Source of the DNA: an uncultured Anaerofustis sp.
GTDB lineage: Bacteria; Bacillota; Clostridia; Eubacteriales; Anaerofustaceae
NCBI GenBank assembly: GCA_963674555.1
Contig: OY771429.1
Location: 1,311,845-1,343,844, forward strand
Direction of reading: 5' to 3'
DNA: 32,000 bases
The notes under the pieces are model-generated. The model was not told the DNA's origin. It ran no database searches and worked only from the letters and a program-made list of their open reading frames with translations. A program made the position numbers and the translations under genes. Position 1 is the stretch's first letter; every line of letters starts with the position of its first letter. Below are positions 9,427 through 17,906 of the stretch, piece after piece.

Positions 9427-9455
9427 TTGTATATATTGAATGTTAAGCATATAAT
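9427..9455 (+). promoter_or_regulatory. Candidate promoter of the DUF1566 lipoprotein gene
   Basis: TTGTAT (9427-9432), 17-nt spacer, TATAAT (9450-9455). RBS AGGGGAGG at 9465-9472 and ATG at 9478. Confidence 0.5.
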
Positions 9456-9477
9456 ATAATAACCAGGGGAGGTTCGG

Positions 9478-10782
9478 ATGAAATCAAAACAGATCAAAGT
9501 TATATCGATTATCTCTGCGATACTCATTCTTTTAGCAGGATGCGGTGTAGCGGATAATAACGAACAAGACACGCAATCTCAAGATCAGGGTGAGATGACA
9601 CTTGCGCAGGCTAACGCTATAGAAGAAGATATTTTAGCGTCGGTCGGATATACATCTTCAGTCGGCGGATACTCGATCGTCGATACGGGGCAGACTTTGT
9701 TTTACAGTGATTCGAGCGTGATCTCGATACAATACGAGGGTGACGCTTATTTCGGACAGGATGCCAATTACAGTACGAACGAAGCGAGTTATACGGATAA
9801 CGGGGACGGAACGATAACGGATAATGTAACGGGACTCATATGGCAGAAAGATCCGGGTGAGAAAATGACGTGGGCGGAAGCTGTAGAAGCTGCGGAAGAT
9901 TTTGAACTTGCGGGCTATGATGATTGGCGACTCCCAACGATCAAAGAGCTGTATTCCTTGATACTGTTCACGGGCATAACGGGAAAGGATGCCGAAAGTT
10001 CCGAGCCTTATATCGATACGGATTATTTTGTATTCACTTACGGAAACGAAACGGGTGAACGATTCATTGATTCCCAATACGCTACGAGTACGATCTACGA
10101 AAGCACAACAATGGGCGGATCGATCACGATGTTCGGCGTAAATTTCGCTGACGGCAGGATCAAGGGTTACCCGATCAATAAAACTTTTTATGTGATGTAC
10201 GTGCGGGGCAACACGAACTACGGTGTAAACGACTTTACAGATAACGGTGACGGAACGATAACCGATGAAGCTACGGGACTTATGTGGATGAAAGTTGACA
10301 GCGCGTACTTGCAGGCGGGATCAAACGGTGACGGCGCGATGGATTGGCAAGAAGCACTTGAGTGGGCGGAAGATCTGGAGTATGCGGGGTATGATGACTG
10401 GACACTGCCCGACGCCAAACAATTACAAAGCATCGTTGATTATACGAGATGCCCCGATATAACGGGATCAGCCGCGATCGATCCGATCTTTCAGGCGAGC
10501 GAGATCATTGATATCAGCGGTAATACCAATTACGCGAATTATTGGACGAGCACGACCCATCTGGACGGCGCGATAGAAGGCTCATTTGCCGTATATGTTT
10601 CATTCGGTGAAGCTTTGGGTGAAATGAACGGGGTTGTTCAAGACGTGCACGGTGCGGGTGCGCAACGTTCCGACCCGAAAAGCGGGGACATATCCGAGTA
10701 TCCGAAAGTCTTTTCACAAGCCCCGCAAGGCGATGTGCAGACAGTCTACAATTACGTGCGATTGGTGCGGGTGGTTGATTAA
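9478..10782 (+). CDS. Lipoprotein with two DUF1566 (Lcl C-terminal-like) domains
   Basis: 434 aa. Signal peptide with lipobox LLAGC. Two copies of the pattern TDNGDGTITD..TGL.W......W.EA...AE.LE.AGYDDW.LP...L.S, each ending in a Y..VR motif. Confidence 0.75.
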   Translation: MKSKQIKVISIISAILILLAGCGVADNNEQDTQSQDQGEMTLAQANAIEEDILASVGYTSSVGGYSIVDTGQTLFYSDSSVISIQYEGDAYFGQDANYSTNEASYTDNGDGTITDNVTGLIWQKDPGEKMTWAEAVEAAEDFELAGYDDWRLPTIKELYSLILFTGITGKDAESSEPYIDTDYFVFTYGNETGERFIDSQYATSTIYESTTMGGSITMFGVNFADGRIKGYPINKTFYVMYVRGNTNYGVNDFTDNGDGTITDEATGLMWMKVDSAYLQAGSNGDGAMDWQEALEWAEDLEYAGYDDWTLPDAKQLQSIVDYTRCPDITGSAAIDPIFQASEIIDISGNTNYANYWTSTTHLDGAIEGSFAVYVSFGEALGEMNGVVQDVHGAGAQRSDPKSGDISEYPKVFSQAPQGDVQTVYNYVRLVRVVD

Positions 10783-10786
10783 TCTA

Positions 10787-10832
10787 AAAATAAGCCACCG
10801 CCCGGCTTTAAGAGCAGGCGGTGGCTTTTTAT
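10787..10832. terminator. Bidirectional rho-independent terminator
   Basis: 11-bp GC-rich stem AAGCCACCGCC (10792-10802) pairs with GGCGGTGGCTT (10817-10827), followed by a T-run. It lies between convergent genes. Confidence 0.85.
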
Positions 10833-10846
10833 AATCTTTTATTTGT

Positions 10847-11821
10847 TTATCCGCGCAGAGAAATATAGATGACATAAAGTATATACGTGCCGATCATCAA
10901 ACTGCCTGTCAAACGACCGACTTTTTTACGACTGAACATCGGGATATAGAACAGCAGACTGGAAACGATCAAAACGACCATATCGTATACGGCGTTTATA
11001 TCGGTTTGAATCGGATGGATCGCTGACGAAAGACCGAGCACCAAAAAAATGTTATAAATATTCGAGCCGATGATGTTCCCGAGCGCAATGTCGGCTTGTC
11101 CTTTTCGAGCTGCGATAACAGACGTTACACCTTCGGGTAAAGATGTACCGATGGCGATGACTGTTAAACCGATAAATGCCTCGCTGATATGTAATAAGCG
11201 CGCGATCGTGATCGACGCGTTGACGATCAACTGTCCGCCTAGAATAACGCCCAATAGCCCGACAAGTATAAGGCCGGTGTGTTTAAGGTAGAATTTTTTC
11301 GGTTTCTTCGAGGCTGCTTGAACATCAACATTAGGCATGGTAAGTTGTCTGTTCTGCCTGGTCTCAGACACCGTAAAATAGAGGAAGATCCCGAAGAAGA
11401 TCAATAACACGAGACCGTCACCGTGAGAGAGGATCATACTGCTCTCGTCGGATAGAAATGTATCATATGAAAGAAATAATAATGAAAGCGCCGCGACGAT
11501 CGAATACGGATAATTCTTCGATAAAATGGATTTATTGATCTGAAACGGTTTGATCGTTGCGATGACACCGCCGACTAGCAGTAAATTTATAAGGCAAGAA
11601 CCGATGACATTTCCGATGGCTATCTCATTACTGCCTTTGAATGCCGCAGTTAAACTGACGGATAATTCAGGCGCGCTCGTACCGAACGCGATGATCGTCA
11701 TGCCGATGATATGCGCAGGGATCCTGAATTGTTCGGCGATGAGCGATGAACTGTCCACAAACCAATCTGCGCCTTTGATAAGTAGTATAAATCCTGCTGC
11801 CAACAATATGACTGATTGCAT
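10847..11821 (-). CDS. Ca2+/Na+ (cation) antiporter, CaCA/YrbG family
   Basis: Two alpha-repeat signatures (GTSAPELSVS...GNVIGSCLINLL and GTSLPEGVTS...GNIIGSNIYNIF). I prefer the start at 11821 (MQSVILL) because GGGAGGG lies 5 nt upstream. The ORF-track start at 11872 has no RBS. Confidence 0.85.
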   Translation of the reverse strand: MQSVILLAAGFILLIKGADWFVDSSSLIAEQFRIPAHIIGMTIIAFGTSAPELSVSLTAAFKGSNEIAIGNVIGSCLINLLLVGGVIATIKPFQINKSILSKNYPYSIVAALSLLFLSYDTFLSDESSMILSHGDGLVLLIFFGIFLYFTVSETRQNRQLTMPNVDVQAASKKPKKFYLKHTGLILVGLLGVILGGQLIVNASITIARLLHISEAFIGLTVIAIGTSLPEGVTSVIAARKGQADIALGNIIGSNIYNIFLVLGLSSAIHPIQTDINAVYDMVVLIVSSLLFYIPMFSRKKVGRLTGSLMIGTYILYVIYISLRG

Positions 11822-11916
11822 TCTTTCCCTCCCAAATCGAGCAAACCATTTGATGTTTTTGCTATAAAACATTATATCATATGCTCCCGTTGCGGGATAG
11901 ATGTATCTTACAGCAA

Positions 11917-11955
11917 ATAAAAAAGCGTATCGTTTATATCGATACGCTTTTATGT
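11917..11955 (-). terminator. Rho-independent terminator downstream of the flavodoxin-family gene
   Basis: Stem AGCGTATCG (11924-11932) pairs with CGATACGCT (11940-11948). U-runs are available on both strands. Confidence 0.75.
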
Positions 11956-11959
11956 TTTT

Positions 11960-12613
11960 TTAAATCAATTTATTCGTCAATCTAACGCCCATTTCAAAAG
12001 CTTTTTCGCAGTCGATCGGGAATTGTTCTTCCTTGACCTGCAATTTATGCTCGGGGTCGAACCGAGATGATTCGTATCTATCGTAATCGTCAAATTGTGT
12101 CGTATCGCAAGCCATCAGATATTCGGAAGGACCGTTAAAGAATCTCTGCAAGCGATTTTCCAATGCGTCGAATACTGTTATCTGTCCGCTTTCGAGCGCA
12201 ATCTTATACGGAATATTCATTGTATAGATCGAGGCTGTTGATATCGTTCGCGAGAAATGCGGAGGCTCATCCTCATTATATGATAATAATGAGAAAAACA
12301 ATCGTTCCATAAAGGAGAGCATTTCACCCGTGATATTTCCGAAGTAGACGGGAGAGCCTAATAATAAACCGTCACAGGTCAAGATCTTTTCAAGCAACGG
12401 ACTTAAATCGTCTTTCATCGTGCAGTGTCCGATATTGGCTGAACCCTTTATCTTGCAACCGAAACAGCTTGTGCATCCTTGATACTTCAAATCATACAAG
12501 TGGAACAATTCGACGTTTGCTCCTTTGGATTCGGCACCTTCGATCGCTTTTTGCAATAAAGTTGCGGTGTTCCATTTTTTTCGGGGACTTCCGTTGATCG
12601 CTATAATGTTCAT
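11960..12613 (-). CDS. Flavodoxin-family / NADPH-dependent FMN reductase-like protein with a Cys cluster
   Basis: 217 aa. N-terminal IIAINGSPRKKWNT (FMN-reductase fold motif), CTSCFGCK cysteine motif, LLLGSPVYFGN. RBS GGAGGT upstream. Confidence 0.8.
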   Translation of the reverse strand: MNIIAINGSPRKKWNTATLLQKAIEGAESKGANVELFHLYDLKYQGCTSCFGCKIKGSANIGHCTMKDDLSPLLEKILTCDGLLLGSPVYFGNITGEMLSFMERLFFSLLSYNEDEPPHFSRTISTASIYTMNIPYKIALESGQITVFDALENRLQRFFNGPSEYLMACDTTQFDDYDRYESSRFDPEHKLQVKEEQFPIDCEKAFEMGVRLTNKLI

Positions 12614-12682
12614 AAGAAACCTCCATTAAAAATATTAATCTGATTTTTGATCGTTCAAATAAATAAGAGATCTTTTTATCAG

Positions 12683-12711
12683 TTTATCATATCAGACCCA
12701 TAAACTGTCAA
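12683..12711 (-). promoter_or_regulatory. Candidate promoter of the flavodoxin-family gene
   Basis: On the minus strand: TTGACA (12711-12706), 17-nt spacer, GATAAA (12688-12683). Its -35 box is 8 bp from the divergent plus-strand -35 box. Confidence 0.45.
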
Positions 12712-12719
12712 GCGCTTTG

Positions 12720-12747
12720 TTGACATCATGATCGCTATGATGATAAT
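12720..12747 (+). promoter_or_regulatory. Candidate promoter giving a long leader in front of the VOC gene
   Basis: TTGACA (12720-12725), 16-nt spacer, GATAAT (12742-12747). A second possible promoter, TTGTTT-N17-TATAAT, lies at 12872-12900. Confidence 0.45.
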
Positions 12748-12932
12748 AAAATAATTATACATGTTTTTAAAAGAAAATGAAATATGCATTTTTTTGGAGA
12801 TCACTGCGCTTAAGCCAGATATATTTAAGGGGGTGGAATGACCGAATATATGCATCATATTCTGATTATTGTTGTTTTTTTAGCATATACAAAATATAAT
12901 GATAATAATAAATGCTTAAAGGAGATATTAAG

Positions 12933-13295
12933 ATGAACTATATACATACGACTTTACAAGTAAAAGACATGGAGGAATCCTTAAAATTTTATCAAGAGAT
13001 CGTAGGACTTGAGATAAGCAGACAATTCGACGCGGGACCTGACAGAAAGATCGTATTTTTAGGCAGCGGTGAAACAAAAATAGAATTGATCTACAGTCCC
13101 GAAAATAAAACCGTCGATATCGGCAACGATATCTCAATAGGTTTTGAAACGGAATCGGTCGATGAGATGATGGCGTTTGTACAGGAGAAAGGCGTTGCGA
13201 TACACAGCGGACCGTTTGAGCCGAACCCGAATACAAGGTTCTTTTATGTGCAAGACCCTAACGGTTTGCGTGTGCAATTTGCCGAACATAAATAG
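12933..13295 (+). CDS. VOC-family protein (glyoxalase I / lactoylglutathione lyase-like)
   Basis: About 120 aa. N-terminus IHTTLQVKDMEESLKFYQEIVGLE and C-terminus FYVQDPNGLRVQF are typical of glyoxalase/VOC folds. I prefer the start at 12933 (RBS AAAGGAG at 12918-12924) over the track start at 12912. Confidence 0.85.
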   Translation: MNYIHTTLQVKDMEESLKFYQEIVGLEISRQFDAGPDRKIVFLGSGETKIELIYSPENKTVDIGNDISIGFETESVDEMMAFVQEKGVAIHSGPFEPNPNTRFFYVQDPNGLRVQFAEHK

Positions 13296-13322
13296 CTCGA
13301 CTTATAAAATCTTTCAGGAGTT

Positions 13323-13649
13323 ATGATGACAAATAAAGAGCAGGGGACTCCCTCAACAAGCGCATGGATCGCATTTGCTGCGGGACTCATCAGTTTGATC
13401 GCTTTACCTATAATTGCCTTGATCGGAGCATTGATCGAAGATGTCGGCATGATGGCACCGTTTGTTCGGATCGTTTTTCCTTCCGCGTCCATCGCGATCA
13501 TTTTGGGTGGGATGCGTCGCAAACATCTCGAAGAAAGTAAACGCGGGCAAAAGCTGGCGAAGATCGGGATGATCACAGGTATCGTTACGGTAACAGTGAT
13601 CGTGCTTTTGATCTTGTTTGTGTTGATCATTTTTGCTCCCGGATCTTAA
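13323..13649 (+). CDS. Small hydrophobic membrane protein, function unknown
   Basis: 108 aa with about three predicted TM stretches. RBS AGGAG at 13316-13320, so the ATG at 13326 may be the real start. A terminator follows. The overlapping antisense ORF has no such signals. Confidence 0.6.
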   Translation: MMTNKEQGTPSTSAWIAFAAGLISLIALPIIALIGALIEDVGMMAPFVRIVFPSASIAIILGGMRRKHLEESKRGQKLAKIGMITGIVTVTVIVLLILFVLIIFAPGS

Positions 13650-13674
13650 CGCTAAATCTATTTATACACAAAAT

Positions 13675-13703
13675 AAAAGAGACTGCTTTGCAGTCTCTTT
13701 TTT
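13675..13703. terminator. Bidirectional rho-independent terminator
   Basis: Stem AGAGACTGC (13678-13686), loop TTT, stem GCAGTCTCT (13690-13698). A-run before and T-run after. Lies between convergent genes. Confidence 0.85.
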
Positions 13704-13704
13704 G

Positions 13705-14694
13705 TCATTTGTTTTTATTGAACATCTTTGGTATATTGAACATAAGTGCTAAGACCAATACCAATCCGTATTCAATGATCGGTATCCAAGTGATCTCATG
13801 GATACGCGCGATCGTCCTTACGTTAAACAAAAGACCGCTGTACACGAGAAGGACGCCGATGACATAGACAGTTGACCAAGAAATGATCGCTTTTTTGGAT
13901 AGATCCAATCCGTATAACTGAGTAACGACGAATATCGCTCCGAACCCGAAGAAAAACATCGGCCATATACCGTTGTTTTGTAAGAGCGCTACCGCTGTTC
14001 CGTGGAAAAGCACCATGACTTCCAGCGTGAAAGTCCAATATTTATTGGTATGTACCGACGTATAAGCCATAGATAATTGTAATAATAAGATGAACATATA
14101 AAAGAAACCGAATAAATGCCCCGGTGTATTTTCCATCGGATGGAACCAGAATGTATAGATCAAAGCCCAAGCGATATAGATGCCGTGGAATTTATAGACG
14201 GGCGGCGCGGCGTTTGTTACGAATTTTAGTTTTTTACCGAAGAACAAACCTCTTCTACTGTTTTCCATCAAGAGTATCAAAACGAGCATGCCGATCACAG
14301 AGAATTGTGAGGACCAAACCGATACGTCTTGCGCAAGTCCGTCATACCATAACCCCGTTTGAACGAAATGTAAAAGTACGAATATGAAATTTGTCGCAAG
14401 CAGAAAGCGATTGTATTTACTGATCTTGCCGTTTATCCTGTTCGGGTCTTTTTTTAATTTATACATAAAGAACCAAACAAGTCCCAAATGAAGTGCAAAC
14501 AATGTCCAAGCACTGATACGCGCGTATATATTGACGGCAGGCAGTTTCCAGTAATACCAAGAAGCGCCCGTATCGGGCAGATGCGGGATATCGACAAGCA
14601 ATCTTCCGAAGAAATAGGTCACAAGCGTTAACCCAAGGCAGACCGCGATACCGATAAAAAGGGTTTTTTGTTCTTTTTTTGAATTGCTATCCAT
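13705..14694 (-). CDS. Polytopic integral membrane protein, family not recognised
   Basis: 329 aa with about 8 hydrophobic segments and several membrane-embedded His (HLGLVWFF, LLHFVQTG, FWFHPMENTPGH, LFHGTAVA). RBS AGGAGAAG upstream. Confidence 0.7.
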   Translation of the reverse strand: MDSNSKKEQKTLFIGIAVCLGLTLVTYFFGRLLVDIPHLPDTGASWYYWKLPAVNIYARISAWTLFALHLGLVWFFMYKLKKDPNRINGKISKYNRFLLATNFIFVLLHFVQTGLWYDGLAQDVSVWSSQFSVIGMLVLILLMENSRRGLFFGKKLKFVTNAAPPVYKFHGIYIAWALIYTFWFHPMENTPGHLFGFFYMFILLLQLSMAYTSVHTNKYWTFTLEVMVLFHGTAVALLQNNGIWPMFFFGFGAIFVVTQLYGLDLSKKAIISWSTVYVIGVLLVYSGLLFNVRTIARIHEITWIPIIEYGLVLVLALMFNIPKMFNKNK

Positions 14695-14738
14695 ATGTAC
14701 TTCTCCTATTAATAGATACGATTTGATTTATTGTGTAT

Positions 14739-14768
14739 ATTATACAATATAGGAATTTGATATTTCAA
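14739..14768 (-). promoter_or_regulatory. Candidate promoter of the 329-aa membrane protein gene
   Basis: On the minus strand: TTGAAA (14768-14763), 18-nt spacer ending in TG, TATAAT (14744-14739). Confidence 0.5.
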
Positions 14769-14827
14769 ATGATATTGCATTTGTTTTGAACCTTATATTT
14801 TCGCTGAGTAGCAGGAAATGAAATTTC

Positions 14828-14856
14828 TTGTGTTACGTTCAAATCATTGTTAAAAT
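14828..14856 (+). promoter_or_regulatory. Candidate promoter of the SnoaL-like/SDR operon
   Basis: TTGTGT (14828-14833), 17-nt spacer with TG at 14848-14849, TAAAAT (14851-14856). Its position argues against the ORF-track start at 14847. Confidence 0.5.
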
Positions 14857-14885
14857 ATATACAAACAAAAAAAAGGAAAATCATT

Positions 14886-15362
14886 ATGGATCAAATGCAA
14901 ACAGATAACAATAACGAGATAGAGCGACTCTATGATCTTACCATGGAAGACATCTTACGATTATGGTCCCAAACATATAATACCAACGGTAAGCCCGACT
15001 GGTCGCACATCTATCCGTATTATCATCCCGATATCGTTTTTCAGGATTCGATACAAAGATTGGAAGGGATCGACACGTTCCGCGCGATGTGCGAACGCCT
15101 GACGAAACGCTGCAAGGAATTGCATATGGATATTACGGCGATCGCCGAAGGTGAAGATTTTATCTTGATGGAATGGATAATGACGATGTCTTTCCGTCGC
15201 TCTCCGAGTACGCCGATCTACGGTTGTACAAAGCTGACTTTTCACGCGGACGGACGGATCATAGCGCAAAGAGATTATTATGATCTGTGGGGAGATATAT
15301 ACAACGGTATCCCGTACTTCAGACGGGTCTACCGCGCGTTTATGCGTAAGTTTTTCGGATAG
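14886..15362 (+). CDS. NTF2/SnoaL-like fold protein
   Basis: About 158 aa. The pattern (YHPDIVFQDSIQRLEGIDTFRAMCERL...MEWIMTMSF...GCTKLTFHADGRIIAQRDYYD) fits the SnoaL-like/NTF2 superfamily. The ATG at 14886 follows an A-rich GGAAAA RBS. The gene is 10 nt upstream of the SDR gene. Confidence 0.65.
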   Translation: MDQMQTDNNNEIERLYDLTMEDILRLWSQTYNTNGKPDWSHIYPYYHPDIVFQDSIQRLEGIDTFRAMCERLTKRCKELHMDITAIAEGEDFILMEWIMTMSFRRSPSTPIYGCTKLTFHADGRIIAQRDYYDLWGDIYNGIPYFRRVYRAFMRKFFG

Positions 15363-15371
15363 GGGATTACG

Positions 15372-16289
15372 ATGAAAAGAAAATTACCGGATGAATTGAT
15401 CTTTCTGCAAAACAGGAACCTGCCGCAAAAGACGACCGACGCTTCCATGCAAGGAAAAGTATGCGTGATCACCGGCGCTACTTCAGGTGTGGGCTATGAA
15501 AGCGCGAAAAAACTCGCCGAAGGCGGAGCGTCTCTCGTAATGATCAGCCGAAATAAAGAAAAGGCGGAGAGGGTCGCCGCTGAACTTCATAAGAATTACA
15601 ATGCGCAAGTTGATATTATCATCGCTGATCTGAGCGATTTAAAACAAGTGCGAAAAGCAGCCGAACAGGTTTTATCCGACTATCCAAAGATAGACGTGCT
15701 TATCAACAGCGCGGGATTGCATTCAACGACAAAGACCTATAACTCGGAAGGGTTTGAAACGGTATTTTGTGTCAATCATTTGGCAGCGTTTCTATTGACT
15801 TATCTACTGCTTGGCAGATTGAAGGAAAACGAACATGCGCGTATCATTCAAGTGAATTCCGAAGGGCATAGATTCAACGGGCTTAATCCCGATGATCTGA
15901 ACTGGAAAAAGAGATTCTATACGGGACTCAGAGGATACGGTGCTTCGAAGACAGCGCAATTGCTTACCGTATGGGAATTTGCCGATATGCTAAGAGAAAC
16001 CAACGTGACCATCAACGCGATGCATCCGGGGGATGTGCGCACGAACATTGGAAACAACAACGGTTGGTTGTACAGGTTTTTTTTAAGACATTTTACTTGG
16101 CATTTTTTACGTGACCCGAGTGTATCGGGCGAAGCGGTATATTATCTTGCAGCCGCACCTGAAATGCAAAATGTAAGCGGTCGTTTTTATCATTTGACGG
16201 TCGAAGAAAAACCCGCCAAACACGCGCTCGATCGTACGGTGGGTAAACGTATCTGGGATCAGAGCATGCGTATGACGGGATTAGCATGA
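15372..16289 (+). CDS. Short-chain dehydrogenase/reductase, retinol-dehydrogenase-like subgroup
   Basis: 305 aa. Cofactor motif ITGATSGVGYE, NSAG, catalytic YGASK. Confidence 0.9.
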   Translation: MKRKLPDELIFLQNRNLPQKTTDASMQGKVCVITGATSGVGYESAKKLAEGGASLVMISRNKEKAERVAAELHKNYNAQVDIIIADLSDLKQVRKAAEQVLSDYPKIDVLINSAGLHSTTKTYNSEGFETVFCVNHLAAFLLTYLLLGRLKENEHARIIQVNSEGHRFNGLNPDDLNWKKRFYTGLRGYGASKTAQLLTVWEFADMLRETNVTINAMHPGDVRTNIGNNNGWLYRFFLRHFTWHFLRDPSVSGEAVYYLAAAPEMQNVSGRFYHLTVEEKPAKHALDRTVGKRIWDQSMRMTGLA

Positions 16290-16298
16290 TTCGTTAAT

Positions 16299-17906
16299 TT
16301 ATTTTAGTTCTTTGATAACGCGGTTTGCGGCAAGTTTTCCTGTCAAAATCGAGATCGGAAATCCCGAAGGACTGTAAGACCACTGTCCCGCTTGCAGCAC
16401 ATTGGGTATCGGTGTTAATACGGAGCGGGATACTTTTTTTAGATCATTTACAGCTGGTATATTTCGATTGGTAAATGCCCAGCCTGTGATCGCGCCGTCG
16501 GAGTTTCCCGTGCGTTTTTCAATCGTAAGCGGTGTGGAGGTAAACGCATCGATGATATGCTCTTTCAACGATGGATATACAGTCGCATCCAATATGTCGA
16601 TGATCGTATCTTGACAAAGTTCTTTAAACTCTTCGTACCAACCCATATCCGCTATATGCTTTACAAGAGAATGATCCATCAACGTGCTTACGATCAGACC
16701 TGTCTGACCTTTCGGCGCAAGTGATTCATCTCGGAGCACAGGGATCGATATTTCAAACGTTGTCAATTCACAGTATCGTTTGACCCAATCGAATATCGCT
16801 TCTTTATCTTTTGTGTATGCTGTCACATTATCTGATGTATCGATCTTTAATTCATCGATATTGATATTGGATAAGCCTTTTTTGTAGGGTGTATAAAATA
16901 AATGCGGGCTGTGTATGTCTGCGAAAACCGATCGATCGATATCAGCACTGATATATAAAGTAAAGACCGAATCGCCTCCGCTCATATTCGAAAGTTCCGC
17001 TTTGCGATCGAGGATCGCTTTTTTTGTTTGCGCGTTTGCAACAGAATCGATGTCGACTACATTATAAAGCGCTTTTAAGTCCGCCGCCCAGATCAATTTT
17101 TTATAAGAATAAATCGTTCCGTTTTGATCGGTCGCTTCCTTTTTATCGATATCGATCTTTTCAATAGTCGTATCCATCATGATCTTTCCGTTATGATCTT
17201 TGATGAAATCGGTGATCTTATCGATCAACACACCTGTTCCGCCTTTGGGATAGGCATAATCGAGATAAAGGCTGATATAACTTAGCGCAAAAGATGTCGG
17301 TGTGTTCTTGAAAAAATGTTGTGCGATCATATCGATCAACACAGGATCATCGGTAAGTTTCTTTAAATAATCTTCAACGGGTTCGTTTAATTTATTGACT
17401 TTACCGATGGTAAAAATGAATTTGAACAACCAAGGAAAGACGGTTTTGATAAAATAATCCCTGTCTTTTTTGATATCGAGGAATATCGGGTTATCCACTC
17501 CGTACATAATGTCCATATTTTGCATGATCTTGCTGATCACGTCGATGATGTTTTTTATGTCCTGTGCTTTTTCCGGAAATTGTCGAATGAGCAAGTCCCG
17601 GTATGTCTGCAGGCTCTTTTTCGAATCAAACGTAATGATATCATCTTCGATGCCGACCGAAACGGGATTATCTAAGAAATCCACGTTGATACCCAACTGA
17701 CGAAGCATGGGCTGAACGATACCCGAGTCTTCGATCGCGCGTATACCGCCGTCAAAAACAAAACCGTTACGTTCAAATGAACCTACAAGTCCGCCCAATT
17801 TTCTTTCTTTCTCACAGATGAGAATATTGTGACCTTCTTTTGATAGAAAAGCCGCTGCGGTCAAACCCGCGATGCCTCCGCCTACGATCAAAGCATCGTA
17901 CTGCAT
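16299..17906 (-). CDS. FAD-dependent oxidoreductase of the phytoene desaturase (CrtI) / retinol saturase-like family
   Basis: 535 aa. N-terminal dinucleotide fold YDALIVGGGIAGLTAAAFLSKEGHNILICEK...LGG. Length and C-terminal GQW...G motif are typical of CrtI-family proteins. RBS GAGAGGAG upstream. Confidence 0.85.
   Translation of the reverse strand: MQYDALIVGGGIAGLTAAAFLSKEGHNILICEKERKLGGLVGSFERNGFVFDGGIRAIEDSGIVQPMLRQLGINVDFLDNPVSVGIEDDIITFDSKKSLQTYRDLLIRQFPEKAQDIKNIIDVISKIMQNMDIMYGVDNPIFLDIKKDRDYFIKTVFPWLFKFIFTIGKVNKLNEPVEDYLKKLTDDPVLIDMIAQHFFKNTPTSFALSYISLYLDYAYPKGGTGVLIDKITDFIKDHNGKIMMDTTIEKIDIDKKEATDQNGTIYSYKKLIWAADLKALYNVVDIDSVANAQTKKAILDRKAELSNMSGGDSVFTLYISADIDRSVFADIHSPHLFYTPYKKGLSNINIDELKIDTSDNVTAYTKDKEAIFDWVKRYCELTTFEISIPVLRDESLAPKGQTGLIVSTLMDHSLVKHIADMGWYEEFKELCQDTIIDILDATVYPSLKEHIIDAFTSTPLTIEKRTGNSDGAITGWAFTNRNIPAVNDLKKVSRSVLTPIPNVLQAGQWSYSPSGFPISILTGKLAANRVIKELK

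Noticed and set aside
9342-9572. 76-aa minus-strand ORF spanning the promoter and start of the lipoprotein gene
   Set aside because: It overlaps a promoter and the signal-peptide coding region of the opposite gene. It has no RBS and its sequence is implausible.
9658-10077. 139-aa minus-strand ORF inside the DUF1566 lipoprotein gene
   Set aside because: It is antisense to a well-supported CDS, has no translation signals, and its Arg/Ile-rich sequence is low-complexity.
11822-11872. ORF-track N-terminal extensions (11872, 12912, 14847, 18212, 19482, 23363, 27280, 28791)
   Set aside because: In each case an internal ATG is preceded by a good AGGAGG-type RBS at proper spacing. That ATG also matches the expected family N-terminus or signal peptide, while the extended start lacks an RBS or lies upstream of the predicted promoter.
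13244-13630. 128-aa minus-strand ORF opposite the small membrane protein gene
   Set aside because: The plus-strand ORF has an AGGAG RBS, a TM-like hydrophobicity pattern and a terminator. The minus-strand ORF would overlap the VOC gene's 3' end and lacks signals. The plus-strand call itself is kept at only moderate confidence.
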